Source: Lachnospiraceae bacterium UBA7160 (GTDB lineage: Bacteria; Bacillota; Clostridia; Lachnospirales; Lachnospiraceae). From it: DNA of 64,000 bases. Position numbers and translations under genes: made by a program. Under the pieces are notes generated by a model. That model was not told where the DNA came from. It did not search any database and saw only the letters and a program-made list of their open reading frames with translations. Shown here piece after piece: positions 40,248-50,120 of the stretch. How positions within the stretch are numbered: the stretch's first letter is position 1; every line of letters starts with the position of its first letter. Where the stretch lies: NCBI GenBank assembly GCA_002491565.1, contig DKWE01000060.1:15688-79687 (forward strand). Direction: 5' to 3'.

Positions 40248-40787
40248 ATGTCACGAATTGGTAGAATGCCAGTCGCAATTCCGGCAGGAGTGACGGTTGA
40301 GATTGCTGAGGGCAACAAGGTTACTGTAAAGGGACCGAAGGGGACTCTCGTTAGAGAGCTTCCGCATGAAATGGAAATTAAAATCGAGGACGGTCATGTA
40401 ATCGTTTCAAGACCGAACGATCTGAAGAGAATGAAATCTCTCCACGGCCTTACCAGAACACTGATTCACAATATGACAATCGGTGTCAGCGAGGGTTATA
40501 CAAAGACTCTGGAAGTAAATGGTGTTGGTTACAGAGCTGCAAAGGCAGGCAAGAAGCTGACCCTGAATCTTGGCTATTCCCATCCGGTAGAGATGGAGGA
40601 TCCGGAAGGCCTTGAGACAAAGGTAGACGGAAACAAGATTATTGTATCCGGTATCAGCAAAGAGAAGGTTGGCCAGTACGCAGCGGAGATCAGAGACAAG
40701 AGAAGACCTGAGCCGTACAAGGGCAAGGGCATCAAGTATGCTGATGAGGTAATCAGACGTAAGGTTGGTAAGACCGGTAAAAAATAA
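40248..40787 (+). CDS. rplF: 50S ribosomal protein L6
   Basis: [14 protein letters not shown]. Confidence 0.98.
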   Translation: MSRIGRMPVAIPAGVTVEIAEGNKVTVKGPKGTLVRELPHEMEIKIEDGHVIVSRPNDLKRMKSLHGLTRTLIHNMTIGVSEGYTKTLEVNGVGYRAAKAGKKLTLNLGYSHPVEMEDPEGLETKVDGNKIIVSGISKEKVGQYAAEIRDKRRPEPYKGKGIKYADEVIRRKVGKTGKK

Positions 40788-40805
40788 ATAAGGAGAGTGT
40801 GAAGA

Positions 40806-41174
40806 ATGGTTAGCAAAGAATCAAGAGCGAAAATTCGCCAGAATAAGCACAGAAGAATGCGCAACCGCTTTGCGGGCACAACGGAAAGACCGCGTCTGGC
40901 TGTGTTCAGAAGTAACAGCCATATGTACGCTCAGATCATTGACGACTCCGTGGGACATACTCTGGTATCTGCGAGCACGCTTCAGAAAGAAGTGAAGGCA
41001 GAGCTTGAGAAGACCAATGATGTTGCGGCAGCAGCTTATCTTGGAAAGGTAGTTGCTGAGCGCGCACTGGAAAAGGGCATTACCGAGGTGGTCTTTGACC
41101 GCGGCGGTTTCATCTATCAGGGTAAAGTCAAAGCGCTTGCCGAGGCTGCAAGAGAAGCTGGACTGCAGTTCTAA
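40806..41174 (+). CDS. rplR: 50S ribosomal protein L18
   Basis: [16 protein letters not shown]. Confidence 0.98.
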   Translation: MVSKESRAKIRQNKHRRMRNRFAGTTERPRLAVFRSNSHMYAQIIDDSVGHTLVSASTLQKEVKAELEKTNDVAAAAYLGKVVAERALEKGITEVVFDRGGFIYQGKVKALAEAAREAGLQF

Positions 41175-41192
41175 TAAGGGAGGAAAAGACAC

Positions 41193-41702
41193 ATGAGACA
41201 TGAGATCATTGACCCGAGCCAGTTCGAACTGACTGACAAGGTTGTGTCAATTAAGCGTGTATCCAAGACTGTCAAAGGCGGACGTACCATGCGTTTCACG
41301 GCTCTGGTTGTTGTCGGCGATGGAAACGGCCATGTAGGCGCCGGACTTGGCAAGGCAACGGAGATTCCGGAAGCAATCCGGAAGGGCAAAGAGGATGCGA
41401 TGAAAAAGCTGATCCACATCGAGCTCGATGACAATGCAAGTGTTCCGCATGATTTCATCGGTAAGTTCGGCGGTGCGTCTGTACTGCTGAAGCGTGCTCC
41501 TCAGGGTACTGGTATCATCGCAGGCGGCCCGGCTCGTAACGTGCTTGAGATCGCAGGCGTAAAGAATATCCGTACAAAGTCGCTGGGTTCCAACAACAAG
41601 CAGAACGTTGTTCTCGCAACGTTGGCAGCTCTGAAGCAGATGAAGTCCCCGGAAGAGGTTGCAAGACTCCGCGGCAAGTCTGTAGAAGAGATTCTGGGCT
41701 AA
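41193..41702 (+). CDS. rpsE: 30S ribosomal protein S5
   Basis: [15 protein letters not shown]. Confidence 0.98.
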   Translation: MRHEIIDPSQFELTDKVVSIKRVSKTVKGGRTMRFTALVVVGDGNGHVGAGLGKATEIPEAIRKGKEDAMKKLIHIELDDNASVPHDFIGKFGGASVLLKRAPQGTGIIAGGPARNVLEIAGVKNIRTKSLGSNNKQNVVLATLAALKQMKSPEEVARLRGKSVEEILG

Positions 41703-41715
41703 GGAGGTTTGAACA

Positions 41716-41898
41716 ATGGCAGACAAGCTGAAAATCACGTTAGTTAAATCGCCGATCGGTGCGATTCCGAAGCATCGCGCGACGGTTGAGGCGCTTGGCC
41801 TTAAGAAGATGCACAAGACGGTTGAGCTTCCGGACAATGCGTCTACCAGAGGAATGGTTGCACAGGTTGCACATCTGGTAAAGGTAGAGGAAGCATAA
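41716..41898 (+). CDS. rpmD: 50S ribosomal protein L30
   Basis: KITLVKSPIG, ALGLKK. Confidence 0.97.
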   Translation: MADKLKITLVKSPIGAIPKHRATVEALGLKKMHKTVELPDNASTRGMVAQVAHLVKVEEA

Positions 41899-41923
41899 GC
41901 AATAAAAGATAGGAGGTGTCATC

Positions 41924-42364
41924 ATGGATTTATCGAATTTAAGACCTGCTGCTGGCAGCGTACAGAGTGATAATTTCAGAAGAGGACGCGGACACGGTTC
42001 AGGAAACGGCAAGACAGCCGGCAAGGGACATAAGGGTCAGAAGGCTCGTTCCGGCGCACCGAGAATCGGATTCGAGGGTGGCCAGATGCCGCTTTACAGA
42101 CGTCTTCCGAAGAGAGGCTTCAACAACCGGAACACACTGGATATCGAGGCGATCAATGTCAGTGCCCTTGAGGTATTTGACAACGACGCAGAAGTGACCA
42201 TTGATGCTCTGATTGAGAAGAAGATCATTAAGGACGCAAAGGACGGTGTCAAGATCCTCGGCAACGGTACCCTTACAAAGAAGCTGAACGTGAAGGTAAA
42301 TGCGTACAGCGAGAGTGCAAAGGCGAAAATCGAAGAGCTCGGCGGAAAAGCAGAGGTGGTCTGA
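41924..42364 (+). CDS. rplO: 50S ribosomal protein L15
   Basis: [19 protein letters not shown]. Confidence 0.98.
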   Translation: MDLSNLRPAAGSVQSDNFRRGRGHGSGNGKTAGKGHKGQKARSGAPRIGFEGGQMPLYRRLPKRGFNNRNTLDIEAINVSALEVFDNDAEVTIDALIEKKIIKDAKDGVKILGNGTLTKKLNVKVNAYSESAKAKIEELGGKAEVV

Positions 42365-42365
42365 T

Positions 42366-43682
42366 ATGCTCGAGACACTGAAAAATGCGGTTAGAATTAA
42401 AGATATACGGAATAAGTTGATCTTCACATTCTGCATGATGGTTGTGATCCGAATGGGGTGCCAGCTGCCGGTGCCGGGGGTAAACAGATCTTACTTCCAG
42501 CAGTGGTTTGCACAGAACTCCAACGATGCATTTAATTTCTTCTCTGCATTTACCGGTGGCTCTTTTGAGAAAATGTCTATTTTCGCACTTAGTATTACAC
42601 CATATATCACATCTTCCATCATTATGCAGCTTATGACCATTGCTATCCCGGCTCTGGAAGAGATGCATAAGGATGGAGAGGATGGCAGAAAGAAAATTGC
42701 TGCAATCACCAGATATGTGACAGTGGCGCTTGCTCTGATTGAGAGTGTCGCTATGACGGTTGGATTCGGGAACTCCGGACTGATTCCGGATATGAACTTC
42801 CTGAAGGGGCTTACAGTGGTCGTTACTTTAACCGCTGGCTCTACTGTACTGATGTGGCTCGGTGAACGTATCACAGAGCGCGGCGTCGGAAACGGGATCT
42901 CGATCGTCCTGATGATTAATATCCTTTCCAGCATTCCGGCAGATATCAATGGTCTGTTCGAGATGTTTGTAAAGGGTAAAACGCTGGCGCACGGACTGCT
43001 TGCCGCACTGATTATCCTTGCGGTAATCGTCGTGACAATCGTGCTTGTTATCATCCTGAACGATGCAATCCGTAAGATTCCAGTGCAGTATGCAAAGAAA
43101 ATGCAGGGGCGGAAGATGGTAGGCGGACAGTCTACGTTTATTCCGCTGAAGGTGAATACCGCAGGAGTGATTCCTGTTATCTTTGCTTCGTCGCTGATGT
43201 CCATTCCGAATATGATTGTCGCTTTCACGGGCGCAAATGTCGGGACAGGTATTGGGGGCACCTTGATTGGTATGCTGAGCCAGAATAACTGGTTTAATTT
43301 CAATCACCCGCTTTATTCTGTAGGTCTGCTGTTGTACATTGTATTGAATGTATTTTTTGCTTACTTCTATACATCCATTACTTTCAATCCGATTGAGGTT
43401 GCGGATAATATGAAGAAGCAGGGCGGCTTCATTCCGGGTATTCGTCCGGGCAAGCCGACGCAGGAGTATCTCGAGAAGGTGCTGAATTACCTGGTATTTA
43501 TCGGTGTGGCAGGCCTGATTATCGTTGTGATTATCCCGATCTTCTTCAATGGAGTATTCGGTGCACAGGTATCGTTTGGCGGCACATCGATTATCATTAT
43601 CGTAGGTGTCATCCTCGAAACATTAAAACAGATTGAATCTCAGATGTTGGTACGAAACTACAAGGGATTCCTGTCAAACTAA
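42366..43682 (+). CDS. secY: Preprotein translocase subunit SecY
   Basis: SIFALSITPYITSSII, GVGNGIS, FIPGIRPG; start MLETL after GAGGTG. Confidence 0.97.
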   Translation: MLETLKNAVRIKDIRNKLIFTFCMMVVIRMGCQLPVPGVNRSYFQQWFAQNSNDAFNFFSAFTGGSFEKMSIFALSITPYITSSIIMQLMTIAIPALEEMHKDGEDGRKKIAAITRYVTVALALIESVAMTVGFGNSGLIPDMNFLKGLTVVVTLTAGSTVLMWLGERITERGVGNGISIVLMINILSSIPADINGLFEMFVKGKTLAHGLLAALIILAVIVVTIVLVIILNDAIRKIPVQYAKKMQGRKMVGGQSTFIPLKVNTAGVIPVIFASSLMSIPNMIVAFTGANVGTGIGGTLIGMLSQNNWFNFNHPLYSVGLLLYIVLNVFFAYFYTSITFNPIEVADNMKKQGGFIPGIRPGKPTQEYLEKVLNYLVFIGVAGLIIVVIIPIFFNGVFGAQVSFGGTSIIIIVGVILETLKQIESQMLVRNYKGFLSN

Positions 43683-43782
43683 GAAGTGTACTCCGCTTCC
43701 TGTGGGTACCGGGAACAAAGTCCGTCTATCAAAGCCGGAGGGCGTTCCGGTACTTTGGGGAGAGGAGCACACTTTTCTTTTT
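43683..43782 (+). terminator. Long hairpin with U-tract after secY
   Basis: AAGTGT.CTCC..GTACCGGGAAC / GTTCCGGTAC..GGAG.ACACTT followed by TTCTTTTTT. Confidence 0.65.
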
Positions 43783-43914
43783 TGGAAGAAGCAAGGCTGC
43801 AATGGGGCCGATACAATCCAATGAGAAATCAATCGCCGCTGCTTGTTTGATAGGACTGGTACAGGATGCTGGTCAGAGCAGGCAGAGCAACTACCTGCAA
43901 GAAGGAGAAAGAGA

Positions 43915-44559
43915 ATGAAAATCGTTATGTTAGGTGCGCCAGGTGCCGGTAAGGGGACACAGGCGAAAATGATTGCATCAAAATATGAAATCCCGCATAT
44001 CTCTACAGGGGATATTTTCCGTGCAAATCTGAAAAATGGCACGGAGCTTGGAAAGAAAGCGAAGGTCTATATGGATCAGGGCCTTCTTGTACCAGATGAG
44101 CTGACGGTCGATCTGGTCATGGATCGCCTTGCACAGGAAGATTGCAAAAAAGGTTATATTCTGGACGGCTTTCCGCGCACAATTCCGCAGGCAGAGGCTC
44201 TTGACGCAGCGCTGACCCGTATCGGGGAGAAGCTTGACTATGCGGTAGACGTTGATGTGCCGGATGAGAATATTGTGACGAGAATGTCCGGCAGACGGGC
44301 CTGCACAGGATGCGGTGCAACCTATCATGTAGTCTTCAATCCTTCAAAGAAGGGGGATATCTGCGAGACCTGCGGCGAACCGCTGGTGCTTCGCGAGGAT
44401 GATAAGCCGGAGACGGTACAGAAGAGGCTGGATGTCTACCATGATCAGACACAGCCACTTATTGAATATTATACAAAGCAGGGAATTCTGAAGCGTGTCG
44501 ATGGTACGATGGATATGAATGATGTGTTCGCTGCGATTACAGATATTTTGGGGGCGTAG
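43915..44559 (+). CDS. adk: Adenylate kinase (Zn-lid)
   Basis: GAPGAGKGTQ, LDGFPRT, CxxC..CxxC lid. Confidence 0.97.
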   Translation: MKIVMLGAPGAGKGTQAKMIASKYEIPHISTGDIFRANLKNGTELGKKAKVYMDQGLLVPDELTVDLVMDRLAQEDCKKGYILDGFPRTIPQAEALDAALTRIGEKLDYAVDVDVPDENIVTRMSGRRACTGCGATYHVVFNPSKKGDICETCGEPLVLREDDKPETVQKRLDVYHDQTQPLIEYYTKQGILKRVDGTMDMNDVFAAITDILGA

Positions 44560-44561
44560 TT

Positions 44562-45317
44562 ATGTCAGTATCTATTAAAACAGCACATGAAATCGAACTG
44601 ATGCGCGAAGCCGGCAGGTTGCTGAATATTGTACACAAGGAGCTTGCAGCTGCGATCCGTCCGGGTATCTCGACCTACGAGCTGGATAAGATCGGTGAGC
44701 GTGTGATACGCAGCTTTGGCTGTGTTCCGAATTTTCTGAATTACAATGGCTTTCCGGCATCGTTCTGCATCTCCGTCAATGACGAGGTTGTCCACGGCAT
44801 TCCGAAAAAGGGAAGGATTTTGCACGAGGGGGATATCGTAAGCGTTGATGCAGGTTTGATTTACAAAGGTATGCACTCCGACGCAGCGAGGACCTACGGG
44901 GTAGGAAAGATTTCGCCGGAGGCGCAGCAGCTGATTGACGTGACGAAAGAATGTTTCTTCCGCGGCATTGCGTATGCAAAGGAAGGACATCACCTTCATG
45001 AGATTTCCCGCGCTATCGCGGATTATGCGGAATCCTTCGGGTATGGTGTTGTGCGTGACCTGGTAGGTCACGGAATCGGGAAAGCACTACATGAGGACCC
45101 GCAGATCCCGAACTTCCGTCAGAAGACAAGAGGTATCCGTCTGGTAAAGGGCATGACGCTGGCAATCGAGCCGATGATCAATGCAGGGCGTGCCGATGTC
45201 GAGTGGCTGGACGATGACTGGACTGTTGTGACGGAGGATGGCAGTCTCTCCGCACACTACGAGAACACCATCCTGATCACCGATGGTGAGCCGGAGATTC
45301 TGTCGCTTACCGAGTAG
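44562..45317 (+). CDS. map: Type I methionine aminopeptidase
   Basis: VVHGIP, GHGIG, IEPM, SAHYENT. Confidence 0.97.
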   Translation: MSVSIKTAHEIELMREAGRLLNIVHKELAAAIRPGISTYELDKIGERVIRSFGCVPNFLNYNGFPASFCISVNDEVVHGIPKKGRILHEGDIVSVDAGLIYKGMHSDAARTYGVGKISPEAQQLIDVTKECFFRGIAYAKEGHHLHEISRAIADYAESFGYGVVRDLVGHGIGKALHEDPQIPNFRQKTRGIRLVKGMTLAIEPMINAGRADVEWLDDDWTVVTEDGSLSAHYENTILITDGEPEILSLTE

Positions 45318-45327
45318 GGAGGGACCT

Positions 45328-45696
45328 ATGAAAGAGCAGAAGGGGAAAACGGCCGTCCTGCCTGACGAACTGGCAGCGCTGCTGGAAGCAGGAAAGCACG
45401 GAGCGGCAATCGCGTGTACAATGCTTGCCGAGTCAAAGGCAGGCCACGATAAAGGAACTCTGTATGTGGTTCTCTATCAGGAAGGCGAATGGCTGTATCT
45501 TGCAGATGGTTGCCGTCGTACTCTGGACAGACCCAAAAAGAAAAAACGCATGCACGTACAGCCGGTTACGCATCTTGCTCCACAGCTGCAGGATGCCATG
45601 TGCCGGATTTCACAGGATGCGCACATCCGCAGAATCATAAAACAGTATCGCGAATCAATTTCGCAGACGAATCCGGCAGAAATTGCCGAAGACTAG
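45328..45696 (+). CDS. KOW-domain L14e-like RNA-binding protein
   Basis: SKAGHDKG...LADG..RTLDRPKKKKRMH; conserved position between map and infA. Confidence 0.8.
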   Translation: MKEQKGKTAVLPDELAALLEAGKHGAAIACTMLAESKAGHDKGTLYVVLYQEGEWLYLADGCRRTLDRPKKKKRMHVQPVTHLAPQLQDAMCRISQDAHIRRIIKQYRESISQTNPAEIAED

Positions 45697-45849
45697 TACG
45701 TCGAAAATTAAATAGCTGATTCAATCGCGCAGGATATTTCAGTGAGAGTGCGCTTCCCAAAACGCAGACGATGCGGGCATCGCTGAGATAGACAAGTGCT
45801 GGTGTTAGTTATTTATTATTCGATAGATCAGGAAAACCAGGAGGTAGAA

Positions 45850-46068
45850 ATGTCGAAAACAGATGTCATCGAAGTAGAAGGCAAAGTACTGGAAAAGCTT
45901 CCAAATGCCATGTTCCGGGTAGAGCTGGAAAATAAACACGTCGTCCTTGCACATATCAGCGGCAAGCTCCGCATGAACTTTATCCGTATTCTGCCGGGCG
46001 ACAAAGTAACCATCGAGCTCTCCCCATATGATCTCACTAAGGGACGAATTATCTGGAGAGATAAATAA
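45850..46068 (+). CDS. infA: Translation initiation factor IF-1
   Basis: [23 protein letters not shown]. Confidence 0.98.
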   Translation: MSKTDVIEVEGKVLEKLPNAMFRVELENKHVVLAHISGKLRMNFIRILPGDKVTIELSPYDLTKGRIIWRDK

Positions 46069-46100
46069 TCGTTTCAATGAAATATTTGGTCAGAAAAAGC

Positions 46101-46129
46101 TTGCATTGTAGCGCACCTTGTGCTACAAT
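46101..46129 (+). promoter_or_regulatory. Alpha-operon promoter embedded in an inverted repeat
   Basis: TTGCAT-17-TACAAT with TG extension. Confidence 0.6.
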
Positions 46130-46215
46130 ACAAGCTGAACTTTTTGTGGAGACACTCTCTCTGTGTATTTTTATGCCCAAAAAGGGAGAACAAATGGTGA
46201 AAGGAGGATAAACCA

Positions 46216-46329
46216 ATGAAGGTTCGTTCATCAGTAAAACCGATCTGTGAAAAGTGCAAAGTTATCAAGAGAAAGGGCAGTATCCGCATCATCTGCGAGA
46301 ACCCCAAGCACAAGCAGAGACAGGGTTAA
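46216..46329 (+). CDS. rpmJ: 50S ribosomal protein L36
   Basis: Not in ORF track; [37 protein letters not shown] after AAGGAGG. Confidence 0.98.
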   Translation: MKVRSSVKPICEKCKVIKRKGSIRIICENPKHKQRQG

Positions 46330-46678
46330 GCACCTAAAACGGCGGAATGGCGGTGGGATCCACCCCGTCATACATTTTTCAATATACGATGGAATAAATA
46401 AGACCTGGATTCTTTTTATATAGATATAGATGATACCAGAGGGATTTATTTCGTTGCAATATTGGCTTATAATACCAGCCCAGGATTCAGGCAGTCCACA
46501 GTTCTGCGCGAACCGCTGTGCGCAGGAGAAGTATGCCTCGCAAGAATAGCAGCATATTTTCGGATATACTGCAGAGAGATTCAAGGCTTAATGGGATGGA
46601 AAGGCTGCGGGTGTGCCGCAGCTGGGCAGTGTACACTGCCCCAGTTAGGGACAATACAGAAAATGGAGGAACAATTAC

Positions 46679-47047
46679 ATGGCACGAATTGCTGGTGTAG
46701 ACTTACCAAGAGAAAAGCGTGTGGAGATCGGCCTGACTTACATCTACGGAATTGGCAGAGCAAGTTCAGACAAGATCCTGGCTGCAGCGAATGTAAATCC
46801 TGATACACGCGTCAGAGATTTGACGGACGAAGAGGTCGCTCGTATCCGCGATGTCATCGACGAGCATTATATGGTAGAAGGTGATCTGAGAAGAGAGACC
46901 GCCCTCAACATCAAGAGGCTGCAGGAGATCGGATGCTACAGAGGTATCCGTCACAGAAAGGGACTTCCGGTTCGTGGTCAGAAGACGAAGACCAACGCGA
47001 GAACCAGAAAGGGTCCGAAGAGAACAGTAGCGAATAAGAAGAAATAA
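46679..47047 (+). CDS. rpsM: 30S ribosomal protein S13
   Basis: [17 protein letters not shown]. Confidence 0.98.
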   Translation: MARIAGVDLPREKRVEIGLTYIYGIGRASSDKILAAANVNPDTRVRDLTDEEVARIRDVIDEHYMVEGDLRRETALNIKRLQEIGCYRGIRHRKGLPVRGQKTKTNARTRKGPKRTVANKKK

Positions 47048-47077
47048 TGAATAAGGAAGAAAGTAGGTTAGTTTGAT

Positions 47078-47479
47078 ATGGCAGCAGCTAAGAAAGTTAC
47101 GAAAAAGGTGACAAAAAAGCGTGTAAAGAAAAACGTTGAACACGGACAGGCACATATCCAGTCTTCATTTAACAACACGATCGTTACCCTGACCGATGCG
47201 CAGGGAAATGCATTGTCATGGGCAAGTGCCGGTGGTCTGGGATTTAGAGGTTCAAGGAAATCTACTCCGTACGCAGCACAGATGGCTGCGGAAACCGCTA
47301 CAAAGGCAGCTTTAGTACATGGCTTAAAGACGGTAGACGTATTTGTAAAGGGACCGGGTTCGGGACGTGAGGCGGCGATCCGCGCACTTTCCGCAAATGG
47401 TCTTGATGTAGTAAGCATCCGCGACGTGACTCCGGTACCGCACAATGGATGCCGTCCGCCGAAGCGCAGAAGAGTTTAA
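47078..47479 (+). CDS. rpsK: 30S ribosomal protein S11
   Basis: [19 protein letters not shown]. Confidence 0.98.
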   Translation: MAAAKKVTKKVTKKRVKKNVEHGQAHIQSSFNNTIVTLTDAQGNALSWASAGGLGFRGSRKSTPYAAQMAAETATKAALVHGLKTVDVFVKGPGSGREAAIRALSANGLDVVSIRDVTPVPHNGCRPPKRRRV

Positions 47480-47497
47480 TCAGGGAGGTCTATAGAA

Positions 47498-48091
47498 ATG
47501 GCAGTTAACAGAGTTCCTGTTCTTAAAAGATGCAGATCACTTGGTCTGGATCCGGTATATCTGGGGATTGACAAGAAGTCTAACAGAGAGTTGAAGCGCG
47601 CGAACCGCAAGATCAGCGAGTATGGACTTCAGCTTCGTGAGAAGCAGAAAGCAAAGTTTATCTACGGCGTACTTGAGAAGCCGTTCCGCAACTACTACGA
47701 GAAGGCTGACCGTATGAAGGGCCAGACCGGTGAGAACCTGATGGTTCTTCTGGAGACGAGACTGGACAATGTTATTTTCCGTATGGGATTCGCGAGAACG
47801 AGAAAAGAAGCACGTCAGATCGTTGACCATAAGCATGTGCTGGTAAATGGCAAGCAGGTCAGCATCCCGTCCTACCTTGTAAAGGCTGGCGACACCGTTG
47901 AGATCAAGGAGAAGTGCAAGAGTTCACAGAGATACAAGGATATTCTTGAAGTGACTGGCGGCAGACTTGTTCCGGAGTGGTTGGAAGCGGATCAGGAAGC
48001 ACTGAAGGGAACTGTGAAGGAGCTTCCGAAGAGAGATATGATCGATGTTCCGGTAAACGAAGTGCTTATCGTCGAGTTGTATTCTAAGTAA
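47498..48091 (+). CDS. rpsD: 30S ribosomal protein S4
   Basis: [26 protein letters not shown]. Confidence 0.97.
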   Translation: MAVNRVPVLKRCRSLGLDPVYLGIDKKSNRELKRANRKISEYGLQLREKQKAKFIYGVLEKPFRNYYEKADRMKGQTGENLMVLLETRLDNVIFRMGFARTRKEARQIVDHKHVLVNGKQVSIPSYLVKAGDTVEIKEKCKSSQRYKDILEVTGGRLVPEWLEADQEALKGTVKELPKRDMIDVPVNEVLIVELYSK

Positions 48092-48228
48092 GCGTAGCGT
48101 CACCCTCAAACACAAGAAGACTTTAGAAGGCTGGTATTGTTCGCTGCTGCAGGGCGGCGGGCAATACTGGTGTCTTTTAAGAGATGCGCACAGATGTGTG
48201 CGTGGTCATAAATAGGAGGGCCAAAATA

Positions 48229-49194
48229 GTGTTCGATTTCAACAAGCCGAAAATTGAAATTGCAGAAATGTCCGAGGACCGGAGATTTGGAAGATTTGTG
48301 GTAGAGCCCCTTGAGAGAGGCTACGGCACCACCCTGGGTAATTCCCTGAGAAGAATTATGCTTTCTTCTCTGCCGGGCGCCGCTGTCAGCCAGGTTAAAA
48401 TCGAAGGTGTGCTGCATGAATTCAGTTCAATCCCCGGCGTGAAGGAAGACGTAACCGAGATTATCATGAACATCAAATCGCTGGCGATCAAGAACAACAG
48501 CGAGACGAATGAGGCGAAGGTTGCGTACATTGAATTCGAAGGCGAAGGCGTGGTGACGGCAGCTGATATCCAGGTAGATCAGGATATCGAGATTATGAAT
48601 CCGGATCAGGTGATCGCACATCTGAATGGTGGTGCGGACAGCAAGCTCTATATGGAGCTGACGATCACGAACGGACGCGGCTACGTCAGCGCGGAGAAAG
48701 GCAAGACCCCGGATATGGCGATTGGCGTAATTGCTGTCGATGCAATTTACACTCCGGTGGAGCGTGTAAATCTTGCGATTGAGAATACACGAGTTGGTCA
48801 GGTGACTGACTATGATAAATTAACTTTGGATGTCTATACGAATGCTACACTGGCGCCGGATGAGGCTGTCAGCCTTGCAGCGAAGGTGTTGAGTGCACAT
48901 CTGGGTCTCTTCATCGATCTCTCTGAGAATGCAAAGTCTGCAGAGGTCATGATTGAGAAGGAGGACAACGAGAAAGAGAAAGTGCTCGAGATGAATATCG
49001 ATGAGCTGGAGCTCTCCGTTCGTTCGTTCAATTGCCTGAAGCGCGCTGGCATCAATACCGTAGAAGAATTGTGCAACAGGACTTCCGAGGATATGATGAA
49101 GGTCCGCAATCTGGGCCGTAAGTCACTCGAGGAAGTGTTGGGTAAGCTCAAGGAGCTTGGCTTGTCCCTCAATCCGAGCGAGGAGCAGCAGTAA
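48229..49194 (+). CDS. rpoA: RNA polymerase subunit alpha
   Basis: [29 protein letters not shown]; GTG start after GGAGG. Confidence 0.98.
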   Translation: MFDFNKPKIEIAEMSEDRRFGRFVVEPLERGYGTTLGNSLRRIMLSSLPGAAVSQVKIEGVLHEFSSIPGVKEDVTEIIMNIKSLAIKNNSETNEAKVAYIEFEGEGVVTAADIQVDQDIEIMNPDQVIAHLNGGADSKLYMELTITNGRGYVSAEKGKTPDMAIGVIAVDAIYTPVERVNLAIENTRVGQVTDYDKLTLDVYTNATLAPDEAVSLAAKVLSAHLGLFIDLSENAKSAEVMIEKEDNEKEKVLEMNIDELELSVRSFNCLKRAGINTVEELCNRTSEDMMKVRNLGRKSLEEVLGKLKELGLSLNPSEEQQ

Positions 49195-49345
49195 AGATAG
49201 AGATAGCGCCCCAATGTTCAGCCAGACAGGTCTGTAAACAGCCGTGTTTGTCTGTATATAGAGGGTGGAATATTAATAGAGAGTAAAATGCACGGTCAGT
49301 AAGCCCGAAGAGCATGACTGTGTGTTCCGAATGGAGGAAAATAAG

Positions 49346-49882
49346 ATGGCAGGATATAGAAAACTCAGCAGAACGGCGCCGCAGAGAAAGGCACTGCTTC
49401 GGAATCAGGTAACAGCTCTGATTTATAGAGGCAAGATCGTGACAACCGAGCAGAAAGCAAAGGAAGTTCGCAAAATCGCAGAGGGCCTGATCGCGATGGC
49501 AGTTCGTGAGAAGGACAACTTCGATACCGTGACAATTACCGCAAAGGTGCCGCGCAAGGATGCGGATGGCAAGCGCGTGAAAGAGGTTGTCAACGGCAAG
49601 AAGCGCACGCAGTATGATGAAGTGCAGAAGGAGATCAAGAAGGATCGTCCGAGCAGACTGCATGCACGCCGCCAGATGCTGAAAGTACTGTACCCGGTTA
49701 CTGAGGTGCCGGCAGAGGCAGCAGGCAGAAAGAAGAACACGAAGGAAGTGGATCTGGTTGCGAAGCTGTTCGATGAGATTGCACCGAAGTATGCAGACCG
49801 CAACGGTGGTTATACCAGAATCGTAAAGATCGGCCAGCGCCGTGGTGATGGCGCGATGGAGGTTGTGCTGGAGCTGGTATAA
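49346..49882 (+). CDS. rplQ: 50S ribosomal protein L17 with internal insertion
   Basis: [21 protein letters not shown]. Confidence 0.95.
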   Translation: MAGYRKLSRTAPQRKALLRNQVTALIYRGKIVTTEQKAKEVRKIAEGLIAMAVREKDNFDTVTITAKVPRKDADGKRVKEVVNGKKRTQYDEVQKEIKKDRPSRLHARRQMLKVLYPVTEVPAEAAGRKKNTKEVDLVAKLFDEIAPKYADRNGGYTRIVKIGQRRGDGAMEVVLELV

Positions 49883-49917
49883 AGTCCGGTCAGATGCGCT
49901 TAGAAAGATAGGAAGCT

Positions 49918-49952
49918 AAGGCAGGTTCTCAGGTTGGGGACCTGCTTTTTTT
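49918..49952 (+). terminator. Terminator of the alpha operon
   Basis: AAGGCAGGTTCTC-AGGTTG-GGGACCTGCTTTTTTT. Confidence 0.8.
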
Positions 49953-50120
49953 ATATATCTATTTGTGTGCACTGCTGTTACTATTCACGATATCACTATA
50001 CAGAGAAGTGTGAACTGCTGTATTGGCGTCACTCTGTCCTATACTTTTTCTGGATTTTTACTGGTTCGTGTGGTATGATAGAGAGCAGTAAGACGGGATG
50101 AGAAAAGGAGAGGCGAGAGT

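Noticed and set aside
49346-49882. L17 internal insertion as a novelty
   Set aside because: To my knowledge long L17 proteins with this insertion are common in Lachnospiraceae; used only as a taxonomic hint
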